Positions 10,044-19,125 of a DNA stretch of 64,000 nt are shown one piece after another. The notes beneath the pieces are model-generated. The model had not been told where the DNA came from. It did not search any database and saw only the letters and a list, made by a program, of their open reading frames with translations. The first letter of the stretch is position 1, and each line of letters begins with the position of its first letter. The position numbers and the translations under genes are program-made. The DNA is from a virus, in the IMG/VR virus record IMGVR_UViG_3300042566_000599, positions 1 to 64,000 of that record. One strand, given 5' to 3'.

Positions 10044-10238
10044 CTACTTCTTCTTGCCGAACCCGTATGACGGGTCTTTTGGATTGAGTGCCTTAGCCAA
10101 TGGTCCGAGAAGACCTGCAATAAATGCATTCAGCAAAGTCTTTGGGTCTGAAATACCGCTCATGTACAAAGCAGCAGTTGCTGCGGCTGCGGCACGTAGG
10201 TATGTACCTACTGCTTCTTCTAGTGCTTTCTTATCCAT
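10044..10238 (-). CDS. Putative holin
   Basis: 64 aa, two hydrophobic segments, LNPKD.SYG plus basic tail. Confidence 0.6.
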   Translation of the reverse strand: MDKKALEEAVGTYLRAAAAATAALYMSGISDPKTLLNAFIAGLLGPLAKALNPKDPSYGFGKKK

Positions 10239-10280
10239 ATCTCTCCTAAATGAGATGCCCTTCTCAAAGTAAATAGTCTC

Positions 10281-10448
10281 TTAATCTTCGCGGTTGCGCA
10301 GGGGATACGTCACCATCCATGCAAATAAAGTTGCAATAGTGGCTACTCCCACTACATCTTTTGCGCTTCCATCAAGCACAATCCAGGCAATAAACATACC
10401 TAGTAGTGTCCATAGTTGGTCGAGCATATCTTTAAGGAATTTAATCAT
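10281..10448 (-). CDS. Small two-TM membrane protein (55 aa, not in ORF track)
   Basis: [55 protein letters not shown]; ATGA overlap with the upstream gene. Confidence 0.65.
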   Translation of the reverse strand: MIKFLKDMLDQLWTLLGMFIAWIVLDGSAKDVVGVATIATLFAWMVTYPLRNRED

Positions 10449-12730
10449 TTACGTCGTCTCCTAACGGCCTTACTATCTCCAGTTGGCGCACCGCCACCTG
10501 AACTGCTGCCTCCAGTTGACCCTCCAGTTGTTGTTGCGGCTGCAGCCGCAGCAGCGGCTGCTGTTGCAGCATTGATAGCAGCACCTGCAGCGATTACAGT
10601 TGCTACAACCATCTTTGTTGCTTCTTCGCGTTCTTCTTCGGACATGTCTGCACCGATGCTTCCTAATGCAAGAAGAACTTGACCTGGGTCTTCAAATAGG
10701 GCGCCAAGTAATTCAGAAGGGTTTTCAATAAGTGTGAGAGCGGCGGCAACTTCTGCAGTAATGATAACCTCATTACCGTTCTCATCGGTTCTAACATCGA
10801 CAGGTGTTTGTGGAGGTAAATCACTGTAAGTAATTCCAGCCTCTTGTAGAGTCTCGCTAGACACTGCTTCACCTGGTTGGAGGCTTTCCACAATCGCTGT
10901 GACAACAGCAGCCACCTCTGCGGCTGTTAACTTGCCATCAGCAAGTGCGTCAGAGATGACGGTTTCTGGTGTAGGCTGTGGGGATGATTCTTCAGACTGA
11001 TTTTCTTGCTCTTGGTTGTCTTGTTCTTGCTCTTCTGATTCTTCAGAAGGGAGTTCGTCCACAGGGTCCTCGGTTCCGTCAGTTTCTTCGGGGGTTGTGG
11101 GTTGTGACCCTTCTTCTGTGGGGCTCTGCTCTGGCTCTGTATCTGAATCAGTAGGTTCCTCAGATGAGTCTGGTTGTTGATTATCGGAAGATTCAGGAGT
11201 GTCTTCAGAACTCTCTTCATCGGTTGGAGTGTCTGACGGAGTGTCATCTTCTGGAGCATCCGTTGTCTCCTCTTCCTGATTTTGTGTTTCCTCTTCGGAA
11301 GGTTCTTCTGGATTCTCTTCAGGAGATTCAGGTTCTTCAGTCACTGGTGGCTCCACAGGATTCTCTGGTTGAGGCTGAGGCTCTGGTTGAGGTTCTGGAG
11401 CCGTGGGTTCAGGAGAAGGAGAAGGAGTAGGTACAGGTGAAGGTTCGGGTTGTGGTGTTGGCTCTGGTTGCGGGACTGGTGTTGGCTCTGGTGTTGGTAC
11501 GGGAGTTGGCTCAGGTTCTGGAAGAGGTTGAGGAGTAGGTGATGGAGTTGGTTCTGGTATTGGTTCCACTACTGGTGGGACTACTGGTGTGGGTTCTGGT
11601 TCAATGGGAACAGGAGTAGGCGTTGGAGTTGGTTCTGGGGTTGGTGTTGGGGTTGGTTCTGGCTGCGGTGTTGGTTCTGGTTCTGGTGTTGGTTCTGGTG
11701 TGGGTGTGGGAGTCGGAGTGGGCTCAGGTGATGGCTCGGGCTGAGGCTCAGGAGTCGGTTCAGGTTGAGGAGTAGGCTCTACAACTGGTTCAGGAGTTAA
11801 CTCGATAGGTTGTTCAATTTGAGTAACACCAGCCTCTTCTAGTGTAACAATTGTTCCATCTTGTAAACGCGCACCAGTACGCTCATCACCAAATAGGCGT
11901 CCTTCAACAGAGTATGTGTAAGAAACAGTCCCATCTGTAAGAATTTGACCAGTAATAACAATCTGTGTTGTCTCTCCAGTCATAGAACCGTATGGACGAT
12001 ATTTTCCATCCACTTGAAATCCACCCTCTGAAGTTCTAATAATGAAGTGGGTGTCTGGCATATGATGTGGCAATGCCCACCAGTCTCTAGATTCAATAGA
12101 GATAGACGGAGTATTTGGATAGGTGTGGAATGTTCCATCAGGTTGACCAAAGGTGATTACCGAGTTTGTTGTAGCATAAACATCCGTATATTCAACGCCG
12201 TTAAACATTACAGTTGTCTCTAGTGGAATTCGATAAGAAGTGTCATCTCCACCACCAGTGATTGTTTCTGTTACAACAGGTGGAGGAGTAGGTTGGGAGG
12301 TAACCGCAGGTGGAGTATCAGTGGATGTTGTTGTTGTTGTTGAGTTTTCTGCTGGGGATGGTTGTTGGGTGGATTCAGGGGACGGCTCCGTTGAAACAGA
12401 GGGTGAAGGTTCTACAACGGCTTCTTGAGTTGAACTCGTCCCAGAAGATGGAGAGGATTCTCCAGTGGGAGCAGAGGAATCGGAAGTTGGCTGAGGAGTT
12501 AAAGTGGGCGAAGGCTCGGACGTTGGCTCTTGAGTCGGACTTGGAACGGGTTCAGTCGAAGTTGATGTGGAAGGACTAACCGTAGAGTTTGAGGCAATAG
12601 TAACTGTTGATGTTTCTTCTGCATATGAAGGGATGACAGTTAAAAGCAAGTAGATAAAACTTGCACCTAATAAAAATGATAAACGATTAAAGAAACCAGA
12701 TTGTGCTGCGGATGAACGCAGTAGTGTCAA
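10445..12730 (-). CDS. Large Pro/Thr/Glu-rich surface or membrane-anchored protein
   Basis: N-terminal signal/TM, S/T/P linker, globular beta domain, (PE/PT)n, acidic tract, C-terminal hydrophobic helix, RRRRK tail. Confidence 0.75.
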   Translation of the reverse strand: MTLLRSSAAQSGFFNRLSFLLGASFIYLLLTVIPSYAEETSTVTIASNSTVSPSTSTSTEPVPSPTQEPTSEPSPTLTPQPTSDSSAPTGESSPSSGTSSTQEAVVEPSPSVSTEPSPESTQQPSPAENSTTTTTSTDTPPAVTSQPTPPPVVTETITGGGDDTSYRIPLETTVMFNGVEYTDVYATTNSVITFGQPDGTFHTYPNTPSISIESRDWWALPHHMPDTHFIIRTSEGGFQVDGKYRPYGSMTGETTQIVITGQILTDGTVSYTYSVEGRLFGDERTGARLQDGTIVTLEEAGVTQIEQPIELTPEPVVEPTPQPEPTPEPQPEPSPEPTPTPTPTPEPTPEPEPTPQPEPTPTPTPEPTPTPTPVPIEPEPTPVVPPVVEPIPEPTPSPTPQPLPEPEPTPVPTPEPTPVPQPEPTPQPEPSPVPTPSPSPEPTAPEPQPEPQPQPENPVEPPVTEEPESPEENPEEPSEEETQNQEEETTDAPEDDTPSDTPTDEESSEDTPESSDNQQPDSSEEPTDSDTEPEQSPTEEGSQPTTPEETDGTEDPVDELPSEESEEQEQDNQEQENQSEESSPQPTPETVISDALADGKLTAAEVAAVVTAIVESLQPGEAVSSETLQEAGITYSDLPPQTPVDVRTDENGNEVIITAEVAAALTLIENPSELLGALFEDPGQVLLALGSIGADMSEEEREEATKMVVATVIAAGAAINAATAAAAAAAAATTTGGSTGGSSSGGGAPTGDSKAVRRRRK
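11360..11800. repeat. Coding low-complexity repeat (PEPTP/PQPE)n
   Basis: Repeated ggttctggtgtt/ggctcagg units. Confidence 0.8.
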
Positions 12731-12774
12731 GAAACCCCTCGGAATCTTTTTATTTGTACCCCTCGAAGATTAAA

Positions 12775-13005
12775 TTATACTGGTTTCCAGTTTCTTCGCA
12801 CTACTAATTTAGAGGCAGGATTTTGTGAATTGACTGATTCTCCCTGCACACCTTTGCCACGATTTGACCACGATACAACGCTAGGTTCTGCTTTTGATTT
12901 ATAGCCTAAATTAGCGTTGTAACCAAAGTGCTGTGTTATTCTACGACGTTGATTAACGCGTAGTGTTTGCCTTTGCATTTTTGGTGAACCAAATACTTCG
13001 TCCAT
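12775..13005 (-). CDS. Small basic hypothetical protein
   Basis: Coupled ORF. Confidence 0.5.
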   Translation of the reverse strand: MDEVFGSPKMQRQTLRVNQRRRITQHFGYNANLGYKSKAEPSVVSWSNRGKGVQGESVNSQNPASKLVVRRNWKPV

Positions 13006-13361
13006 TAACTTACTCCTGCTGCACCATTAAATGTTGTTCCACCAATTCCCATAGTGTCAACAGTATTTGTAGTTTTCTTTGACTTGCTCATTTTTTTAGG
13101 AGGATTTGGAACTTCATTAGTAACCCCACCAGAACCCATTGCTCCAATCATATTTGGATAGTTGCTGTACCAATAGCCCGCACCTGTGTATCCAGATTCT
13201 TTTTTACGTCCAAATCTACGCATCTGTTGTTCTTCAACATTTGGACTTTTATTAAACTGAGGTGCAAGCCCACTTACTCGTGGTCCAATACTGTAGCGTC
13301 CGTAGGTGCCTGTACGGCCACCCATCATTCCTACGCCAACTCTATACAGATTGCTTGCCAT
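13005..13361 (-). CDS. Gly-rich hypothetical protein
   Basis: Likely start MASNL. Confidence 0.5.
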   Translation of the reverse strand: MASNLYRVGVGMMGGRTGTYGRYSIGPRVSGLAPQFNKSPNVEEQQMRRFGRKKESGYTGAGYWYSNYPNMIGAMGSGGVTNEVPNPPKKMSKSKKTTNTVDTMGIGGTTFNGAAGVS

Positions 13362-13551
13362 AGTTAAACACGCCTTCTGGGTCATAGACCTCTATAGATT
13401 GAGTTACTAGTGTAGAGCCTACTTGACGTGCATGGTGGCCACAAAAGTATAACTGTCCCGCTATCAAGGTTGCTCTTACCATGGCTTGTGCACCGCACTT
13501 ATCACATCTATCAAAAGACGTAATTGGAGCCCTAGTATCGACTGCAGTCAT
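13342..13551 (-). CDS. Small Zn-binding protein (actinobacterial type)
   Basis: DRCDKCGAQA...LYFCGHH. Confidence 0.65.
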   Translation of the reverse strand: MTAVDTRAPITSFDRCDKCGAQAMVRATLIAGQLYFCGHHARQVGSTLVTQSIEVYDPEGVFNYGKQSV

Positions 13552-13595
13552 GACACAATTTTGCCCTATTTACTGAATCTGGTAAGGTGCAACTC

Positions 13596-13727
13596 ATGAT
13601 AAGAGAATTTATAAAAGCATTTACTTGTAGGCACAAGACTTTTGAGAAGAGTTCATGTCCTTTTACAGGATATACCTACGAAATGTGTGTTTCCTGTGGA
13701 AAACGATTAAGCGCAATTAAGTCTTAA
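13596..13727 (+). CDS. 43-aa Cys-rich protein, leaderless (not in ORF track)
   Basis: MIREFIKAFTCRHK...SCPFTGYTYEMCVSCGKR; TGgTAAGGT extended -10 just upstream. Confidence 0.55.
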   Translation: MIREFIKAFTCRHKTFEKSSCPFTGYTYEMCVSCGKRLSAIKS

Positions 13728-14299
13728 AGAGGACGTTTGCACTCGCTGCAAACTTTTGGTTCTGCAGACTGTGTTGTTGCAGGCTTCGATGCTCCTGCAC
13801 CTTTAAACTTTGGACGACCAAAGCCAACGATTGAAATCATAACACCAGCCTTGTTCTTCTTGTAGGCACGCAGTTGCTTGCAAACTTCTCCGCCATTTCG
13901 TTGACTTCCAGATTTCTTCGAAGATGTGTTTCCTTCGATACACCAAACGGTTCCATCTTCGTTGTCTTTGATAACAATTCCAACGTGAGAAATTCTATCG
14001 ACACCGTCTGCGGGGAAATCAAAATAGGCTATATCTCCTGGTTCTGGGTCTGCAACATCTCCGTCAATCCATGAGCCAGCCTTTTTAAATGCCTGTGCAC
14101 CACTTGGAGTGTAAACAGTGTTAGGCACCTTTACGCCACTTTCGGAGGCCACCCAATTTACGAAACTTCCGCACCATGGTTGGAAGTTTGCTTTCATAAA
14201 AGCGCCATATTTAGTTTCGTTATCTTTAGGGCCTTCAATGACCCCAATCTCTGCTGTAGCAACTTCAATAAGTCGTTTTGCTGTTCCTTGTTCGGCCAT
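13724..14299 (-). CDS. CHAP-domain endolysin/amidase
   Basis: PWCGSFV, PGDIAYF, HVGIV, IEGNT motifs. Confidence 0.9.
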   Translation of the reverse strand: MAEQGTAKRLIEVATAEIGVIEGPKDNETKYGAFMKANFQPWCGSFVNWVASESGVKVPNTVYTPSGAQAFKKAGSWIDGDVADPEPGDIAYFDFPADGVDRISHVGIVIKDNEDGTVWCIEGNTSSKKSGSQRNGGEVCKQLRAYKKNKAGVMISIVGFGRPKFKGAGASKPATTQSAEPKVCSECKRPL

Positions 14300-14709
14300 T
14301 AGTCCTTGTCCCAATCTGTATCAACTGGTTGTTCTTCTGGCATTGCGCCATTAGGCTTTGCTGCAAGACGTGCTGCGGTAGCATCAATCTCTGCTTCTAA
14401 TTTTTTATCTTCTAGTGTGTTCTTTGCATCAACTTCTTTATTCGCTATCTGTGCTGCCATTACATCTTTTGCACCGCTCTGACCAATCAATAGACCAGCA
14501 AGAGTTCCTGTAATAAAGGTTGCAACGCTTCCTAGAACGTTAAAAAACATCTTGTCGTTCTCAGATTGTGCTCCGATTGGTTGAGTAACAAACAGAAGGC
14601 CGTAGAGGATTCCTACAGCAGTGAGGAACAAGATAGACCCTAATGTAATTCCTAAAATAAACTTAAGGCGAGCATCAAGGTCTTGTGGTGTAAGTTTTTC
14701 TTTAGCCAT
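14299..14709 (-). CDS. Two-TM membrane protein
   Basis: Two hydrophobic helices; coupled to the endolysin. Confidence 0.7.
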   Translation of the reverse strand: MAKEKLTPQDLDARLKFILGITLGSILFLTAVGILYGLLFVTQPIGAQSENDKMFFNVLGSVATFITGTLAGLLIGQSGAKDVMAAQIANKEVDAKNTLEDKKLEAEIDATAARLAAKPNGAMPEEQPVDTDWDKD

Positions 14710-14908
14710 TTGTTGTTCCTTCTGTTTCTACTGTGATGTTAGTGTTTAGGTCTTTTGGACAAGTCTTGTTCACTTCACAAACGGGCGGTTTGCACTCTGC
14801 CATCTCCCAGTTTGCTGGGTCTTGGCAAGGATAGCGGTAGAACCCCTGGTAACTGCAACTTGATAGTACGGCCGCTAGGACCGACGCAAGAAGAATTCGT
14901 TTAAACAC
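14702..14908 (-). CDS. Small Cys-rich lipoprotein
   Basis: Signal peptide with lipobox LSS-C; RYPCQDPANW motif. Confidence 0.65.
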   Translation of the reverse strand: MFKRILLASVLAAVLSSCSYQGFYRYPCQDPANWEMAECKPPVCEVNKTCPKDLNTNITVETEGTTNG

Positions 14909-14918
14909 AGGACAATTA

Positions 14919-15182
14919 TCAGTCCTGTTGAATTCCCATACGTTCTAAATACAATTCTTTTTCGCTCATGAGGTACTCCTCAATCCGCTTGTACTGCTCC
15001 TGAGCCTTCTCTTCAGTCGCCTTTACCTGCTCCTCTGTTAACTCACCCATAGCATCCTTGAAGGACTCTACGGCTAGGTCCAGGTCAGTCTTAGCAAGGG
15101 CGGCACGTAGTTGTGCCTGTTTCCATATAAACTCTGCGTGTTCGATTTTTCTTTGCTTTCTCTTATCTTGTGTTTTAGACAT
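14919..15182 (-). CDS. Hypothetical helical protein
   Basis: Likely start MSKTQ. Confidence 0.55.
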   Translation of the reverse strand: MSKTQDKRKQRKIEHAEFIWKQAQLRAALAKTDLDLAVESFKDAMGELTEEQVKATEEKAQEQYKRIEEYLMSEKELYLERMGIQQD

Positions 15183-15681
15183 GAATGACCTCTGGTATCG
15201 AGTCATTAAACTCTGTTAATGGGATTCTCCATGAACCCTCTGGTGTGTATTTCCATTCGTCTCGCTGTACATCTTCCATTCTTATCCATCCATAAATCTC
15301 AACTTCAGAATAGTAATCTCTGTCAAGCACTCTTGCACCAACAAGAAGGTTTCCAGGCTTTATATCTTTTGGAAACACAGGAATCTCATCACGTGTTCGT
15401 ATACTTTTAACTTCAATATTTGAACCGACGTCAGGAATGTGTTGACGATATATGTGTTCTTCATTTGGATAGAACGGAAATGTCAATGGCATTTTATAGA
15501 GTTTTGCAACTGCATACTCTGCAACGATAGTGCGAACATTTGCTGCAATCTCTGGTTCTAATTTGCTTTTGTTATCTCCTGCATAGTTAGGGCGGTCAAT
15601 TGAACCCCACTTCATCATCCATCGGTTTAATGCGATGTCTGCACAGGCTCTTACTTCTTCTTTACTTAGGCTAACAATCAT
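15175..15681 (-). CDS. Hypothetical protein, possible PD-(D/E)XK fold
   Basis: AEYAVAK...PDVG.NIEVKS pattern. Confidence 0.5.
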   Translation of the reverse strand: MIVSLSKEEVRACADIALNRWMMKWGSIDRPNYAGDNKSKLEPEIAANVRTIVAEYAVAKLYKMPLTFPFYPNEEHIYRQHIPDVGSNIEVKSIRTRDEIPVFPKDIKPGNLLVGARVLDRDYYSEVEIYGWIRMEDVQRDEWKYTPEGSWRIPLTEFNDSIPEVIHV

Positions 15682-15705
15682 GACGTGAGCCTACCAGATG
15701 TTGGT

Positions 15706-15736
15706 GGGCAGTTTTTGCGTGCTCGTACCCAGGAGC
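15706..15736 (-). other. Predicted H-type RNA pseudoknot 3' of hsp20
   Basis: GCUC/GAGC stem; loop GGGUA pairs with the downstream UGCCC after an A5 linker. Confidence 0.45.
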
Positions 15737-15760
15737 CTCTTATGAAGTTGTACCAGTATG

Positions 15761-16249
15761 TTATTGGATGTCTATGGTGCGTGGCTTCTTATGCTCAGGT
15801 ATTTCTCGCTCTAGACGAATGGTCAAAATACCATCCTTCATGTGAGCAGAGATAACTTTTACATCATCGGCTAATGCAAACTTTTGCTCAAAATTACGAG
15901 CGGCTATGCCTTTATGGACATAATCTGCTGCATCGTCGTCTTTTTTACCTGTAACGGTAAGGCTGTTGTCTTGAAATGTGATTTCAATGTCAGATTTAGT
16001 AAACCCAGCGGCCGCTATTTCGATGAGGTAAGTCTCCTCATCATCGACCTGGACGATGTTATATGGAGGATAAGTTGACTTATTCTCTTTTCGTAGTTGT
16101 TCAAGAAGTTCAAAATGTCGTTCAAAACCGACAGTCCACGAACTTAAGAAGGGGGTTAGAAGTTGAAAGGGGTCCGTAGGCCTCTCAACTTTAGTAGACT
16201 CATAATGAGGGTATTTAGCAAACTGTTTGCCTTTTTGCATAGGGTACAT
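15761..16249 (-). CDS. hsp20: Small heat-shock protein (Hsp20/IbpA)
   Basis: YPPYNI...IEIAAAGF...HKGIAARNF..KF.LAD...DGILTI.L. Confidence 0.95.
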   Translation of the reverse strand: MYPMQKGKQFAKYPHYESTKVERPTDPFQLLTPFLSSWTVGFERHFELLEQLRKENKSTYPPYNIVQVDDEETYLIEIAAAGFTKSDIEITFQDNSLTVTGKKDDDAADYVHKGIAARNFEQKFALADDVKVISAHMKDGILTIRLEREIPEHKKPRTIDIQ

Positions 16250-16250
16250 A

Positions 16251-16298
16251 ATCTCTCCTTAGACGAGATGGGTGAATGGCTCCCAAACGGCAAGCCAT
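16251..16298 (-). promoter_or_regulatory. Putative RNA thermometer in the hsp20 5'UTR
   Basis: AUCUC/GAGAU hairpin encloses the SD AAGGAG; second hairpin AUGGCU/AGCCAU upstream. Confidence 0.4.
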
Positions 16299-16337
16299 AG
16301 ATGTAACTCTACAGGAGTGTGATTTATTTCACAAAAC

Positions 16338-16889
16338 TTACTTTTTGTGTTGAAGTTCCTTTTGAAAAGGTCCAGATGTGTTTACATCTATTTTTTCAGC
16401 AACAGTCATTGCTTTTTCTGGCTTCACGCCCGCGTACAGGGCTCCAAGAGCATATGGGGAGCCAGACCCAACACCATAAAACCCTACATCGGACATACAC
16501 ACTGATAAATCATCAGCAATATCAAATATCTGACCGTTGACAGCAATTAGCAAGTTAAACCGCATTTCACTTGCTTTTCCTTCAGATTTTCCTTCGTTAA
16601 AATCATAGCCATTGTTTTCTAAGCAGAGGCGTAGTGATGGCATCAATTTAGCGATAACAAAGTGATACGTGTCTTTTCTGTCTTTAGCAGCCATTGCAGG
16701 TGGAACCCATAGGTGTTGCGCAATATCGCAAGGTGCAACCTCTCCAGAACCAGCAACTAAGTACTCTCCTACAAGACTGATTTTTTTCATGGCTGGATGA
16801 TTACTGCGACGTCCACCATCAAGTGTTACTTGATTGTCTGCCATAAGCAGGCAGTGGTCTTCATACTGGACACCAATAATCGTAGTCAT
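16338..16889 (-). CDS. Ntn-hydrolase protease (HslV/proteasome-beta-like)
   Basis: MTTIIG N-terminal Thr, ADNQVT, KKI, GSGS.YALGAL, D..TSGP. Confidence 0.85.
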   Translation of the reverse strand: MTTIIGVQYEDHCLLMADNQVTLDGGRRSNHPAMKKISLVGEYLVAGSGEVAPCDIAQHLWVPPAMAAKDRKDTYHFVIAKLMPSLRLCLENNGYDFNEGKSEGKASEMRFNLLIAVNGQIFDIADDLSVCMSDVGFYGVGSGSPYALGALYAGVKPEKAMTVAEKIDVNTSGPFQKELQHKK

Positions 16890-16984
16890 GGTTTTCGACC
16901 TCTTTCCTGACTTAAGGATACCAGGGGTCTATAAAAGGCAATAAGCCTAAACTAAGTCCTATATGTCCGTTTTGTCCAGTTTGT

Positions 16985-17680
16985 CTAATTATATGACTTC
17001 TTATGCCAGAAGGTGTCGCGGTACCACCCGCTTACGCGACTAAGAGACCGTCTACCGTTGTCCAATGCTTCCTTAGTAAGTCCTTTTGAGTGCTCAAGAA
17101 CCCAAGACTCTCTCTTAAATGGGATTACCTGTGCCATAGGAGTTCCTTGAGGAATTATGCCTGAAAACCCCTTTTGTAAAAAGAAGGGGATGCTTCCACG
17201 GTTTAATGCAAATTGTAAATCTACAACACCCGTCAGCGTATAGAAGGGTAAATCTAGCCTGTTAAACGGATGAGTAAATAGGAGACTGTAACCTTTTGGA
17301 AGTTGCAATGTTATTGGAGTGACCCAAGCAAATGCTGTCTTTTCAAACGAATCTGGGATTGGAATTCCTTGACTAATTTCGGGAGTTCGTTTATGGACCA
17401 TAGGAGTTTCAGTATCTTTCCAAACAATTGTTGAAGGAAAGCCCTCACCATTATTTTCCACAAAAATGTCCATAGGTAAAGTCAAGTAATAACCGACGGT
17501 AAGTGCGTCAAAAAATGGCATGCATATTTTAAAGGTCTTTCTAAACTCACTTGTTATCTGCCTATTCACCCATGGTGATTCGTCCTTATACCATTTAGGC
17601 ACGAGTGTTTTTGCTGGTACAACGCTTTGAGGTATGTGAGACTCAAAATTATCAAACAAAATCTTTTTTGCATTTTTCAT
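16985..17680 (-). CDS. Hypothetical protein, DUF6065-like paralog 1
   Basis: K.CMPFFD...GY...GYSLLFTHP...GVVD...GTPMAQVIPFKRE. Confidence 0.6.
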   Translation of the reverse strand: MKNAKKILFDNFESHIPQSVVPAKTLVPKWYKDESPWVNRQITSEFRKTFKICMPFFDALTVGYYLTLPMDIFVENNGEGFPSTIVWKDTETPMVHKRTPEISQGIPIPDSFEKTAFAWVTPITLQLPKGYSLLFTHPFNRLDLPFYTLTGVVDLQFALNRGSIPFFLQKGFSGIIPQGTPMAQVIPFKRESWVLEHSKGLTKEALDNGRRSLSRVSGWYRDTFWHKKSYN

Positions 17681-17686
17681 GCGTAG

Positions 17687-18148
17687 TTATTCCGTTTCTG
17701 TGGAAATAAAGTTTGCTTTAAACACCTGCCAAAATGAAGCGAAGTCTTTGTGAAGAAGTAGTAGAGATACCTTTTCAAAAGGAACCCACATTGCTTCTTC
17801 TACTTCGTCGGTGTCTATTGTTGGAACTAACTCTTCATCTGTTGTTGCTAAGAAGGTGTGAAACTGCCAATTTCCATGGTCGCTGACAACTGAATCATAG
17901 ACAATTATTTTTCCAGGATTTAATCCGAGTTCTTCTTGAGTCTCTCGATATGCAGCCATCGAGTAGTCTTCGTCATAACGACGAGCACCACCAGGAATAC
18001 CCCAAGTGTTGGGTTGTTGACTTACGTTCTTAGAACGTAGTTCCAACAAAACTTTATTGTTGTGGACGATAAGAATGCCTGCTGCACCATACTTGCCCCA
18101 ATGCTTAGCGCCACATTCACACGGTAGTAATGCTTCTTCATCATTCAT
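17687..18148 (-). CDS. NUDIX hydrolase
   Basis: Nudix box GGARRYDEDYSMAAYRETQEELG. Confidence 0.92.
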   Translation of the reverse strand: MNDEEALLPCECGAKHWGKYGAAGILIVHNNKVLLELRSKNVSQQPNTWGIPGGARRYDEDYSMAAYRETQEELGLNPGKIIVYDSVVSDHGNWQFHTFLATTDEELVPTIDTDEVEEAMWVPFEKVSLLLLHKDFASFWQVFKANFISTETE

Positions 18149-18169
18149 ATTGCCACCCTATCACAAAAA

Positions 18170-18292
18170 TTAACGGTTCTTGTGTTTCTTCTTTCTTGTA
18201 TACACCTTTTTAGAGGGAACAGGAACCGCAGCGTTCGACCGTCTTAATTCCTGAACTTTCTTGACCCTGGCAGGATTAGGACTCTTCCTCAT
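18170..18292 (-). CDS. 40-aa basic peptide (not in ORF track)
   Basis: MRKSPNPARVKKVQELRRSNAAVPVPSKKVYTRKKKHKNR; ATGA overlap. Confidence 0.55.
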   Translation of the reverse strand: MRKSPNPARVKKVQELRRSNAAVPVPSKKVYTRKKKHKNR

Positions 18293-18552
18293 CGCTTTTT
18301 AGGGGTGAAGTGCTCGTGCTCGTGGTCTACTTCAAACTTACCATCCTCGTGCATCTGCATGTGTATCTTATGATGGTGGCTATAGTCATGTGAAAGGATG
18401 CCGTCACCACCAAATGACTTTGCATTAGAAGGTCCTCTACCCTTCGTGTGCCACTTAAGAATGTGCCAGCCAATAGAGTGGCCTTGTTGGTCTGGTACCC
18501 AACGCTTCTTGTTAGGCACATCATCAAATTGACTACTTAAGTTATCAGACAT
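18289..18552 (-). CDS. His-rich small protein with LSSQF leader
   Basis: MSDNLSSQF; many His in the C-terminal half. Confidence 0.6.
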   Translation of the reverse strand: MSDNLSSQFDDVPNKKRWVPDQQGHSIGWHILKWHTKGRGPSNAKSFGGDGILSHDYSHHHKIHMQMHEDGKFEVDHEHEHFTPKKR

Positions 18553-18554
18553 GG

Positions 18555-18653
18555 CTACTTCTTCTCACAGATACATTTGCAGGTGTCTATAGTACAGCAC
18601 CCATACAACATCTCGTGAAAGCAAAGACGGCACTCTTCTTTAGAAACGCTCAC
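18555..18653 (-). CDS. 32-aa Cys-rich peptide (not in ORF track)
   Basis: MSVSKEECRLCFHEMLYGCCTIDTCKCICEKK; GTGA overlap. Confidence 0.45.
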   Translation of the reverse strand: MSVSKEECRLCFHEMLYGCCTIDTCKCICEKK

Positions 18654-18967
18654 TTATGCTCTCCCAGTACCATGAAACCGTGAGGAGATGAGAAGAACCG
18701 CTCGTGCTCTACATTTCCTGATTCTATTTTTACATTGTCACTAACTGGTGTAACTCTATAGACCTTTACTGGTCTCTTCTCCGCCCCTATAGGCAGTTTT
18801 GTTTCGCCAAAGAAACGTGCTTGACCAGGGTCACTGGTAGCCCACGCACGTGCGACAGGTCCTTCGCCTTCAGTTACTGCAGGCAAGATGAACCCGCCAC
18901 TTACATCTGCACGAGTTCCGTGGTACATAGGACCAAACTGTTGCTCAGAGAGATTACGACGAGTCAT
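18650..18967 (-). CDS. Arr-like ADP-ribosyltransferase
   Basis: MYHGT, AWATSD, VYRVTP, FSSPHGFMVLGE; start MTRRNLSEQQF via ATGA overlap. Confidence 0.65.
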   Translation of the reverse strand: MTRRNLSEQQFGPMYHGTRADVSGGFILPAVTEGEGPVARAWATSDPGQARFFGETKLPIGAEKRPVKVYRVTPVSDNVKIESGNVEHERFFSSPHGFMVLGEHK

Positions 18968-19125
18968 ATGCTCCACCATCCATTAGGAGAGCCGTTTGGA
19001 TTATCAATCTTATGTTGCTCATGAGCATCGTTAACTGTGCGCCAATTAATCTCATGAGTAGGTTTGCCACATAATGGGCATGGGTCAACGCCAGTTAACT
19101 TATAGACGTGCTCGCATGTGTTCAT
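18964..19125 (-). CDS. 53-aa Zn-binding protein (not in ORF track)
   Basis: MNTCEHVY...CPLCGKPTHEINW; coupled on both sides. Confidence 0.55.
   Translation of the reverse strand: MNTCEHVYKLTGVDPCPLCGKPTHEINWRTVNDAHEQHKIDNPNGSPNGWWSI

Noticed and set aside
11360-11800. Tandem repeats as a DGR or contingency locus
   Set aside because: Explained by Pro/Thr/Glu coding with synonymous variation; no reverse transcriptase in the window
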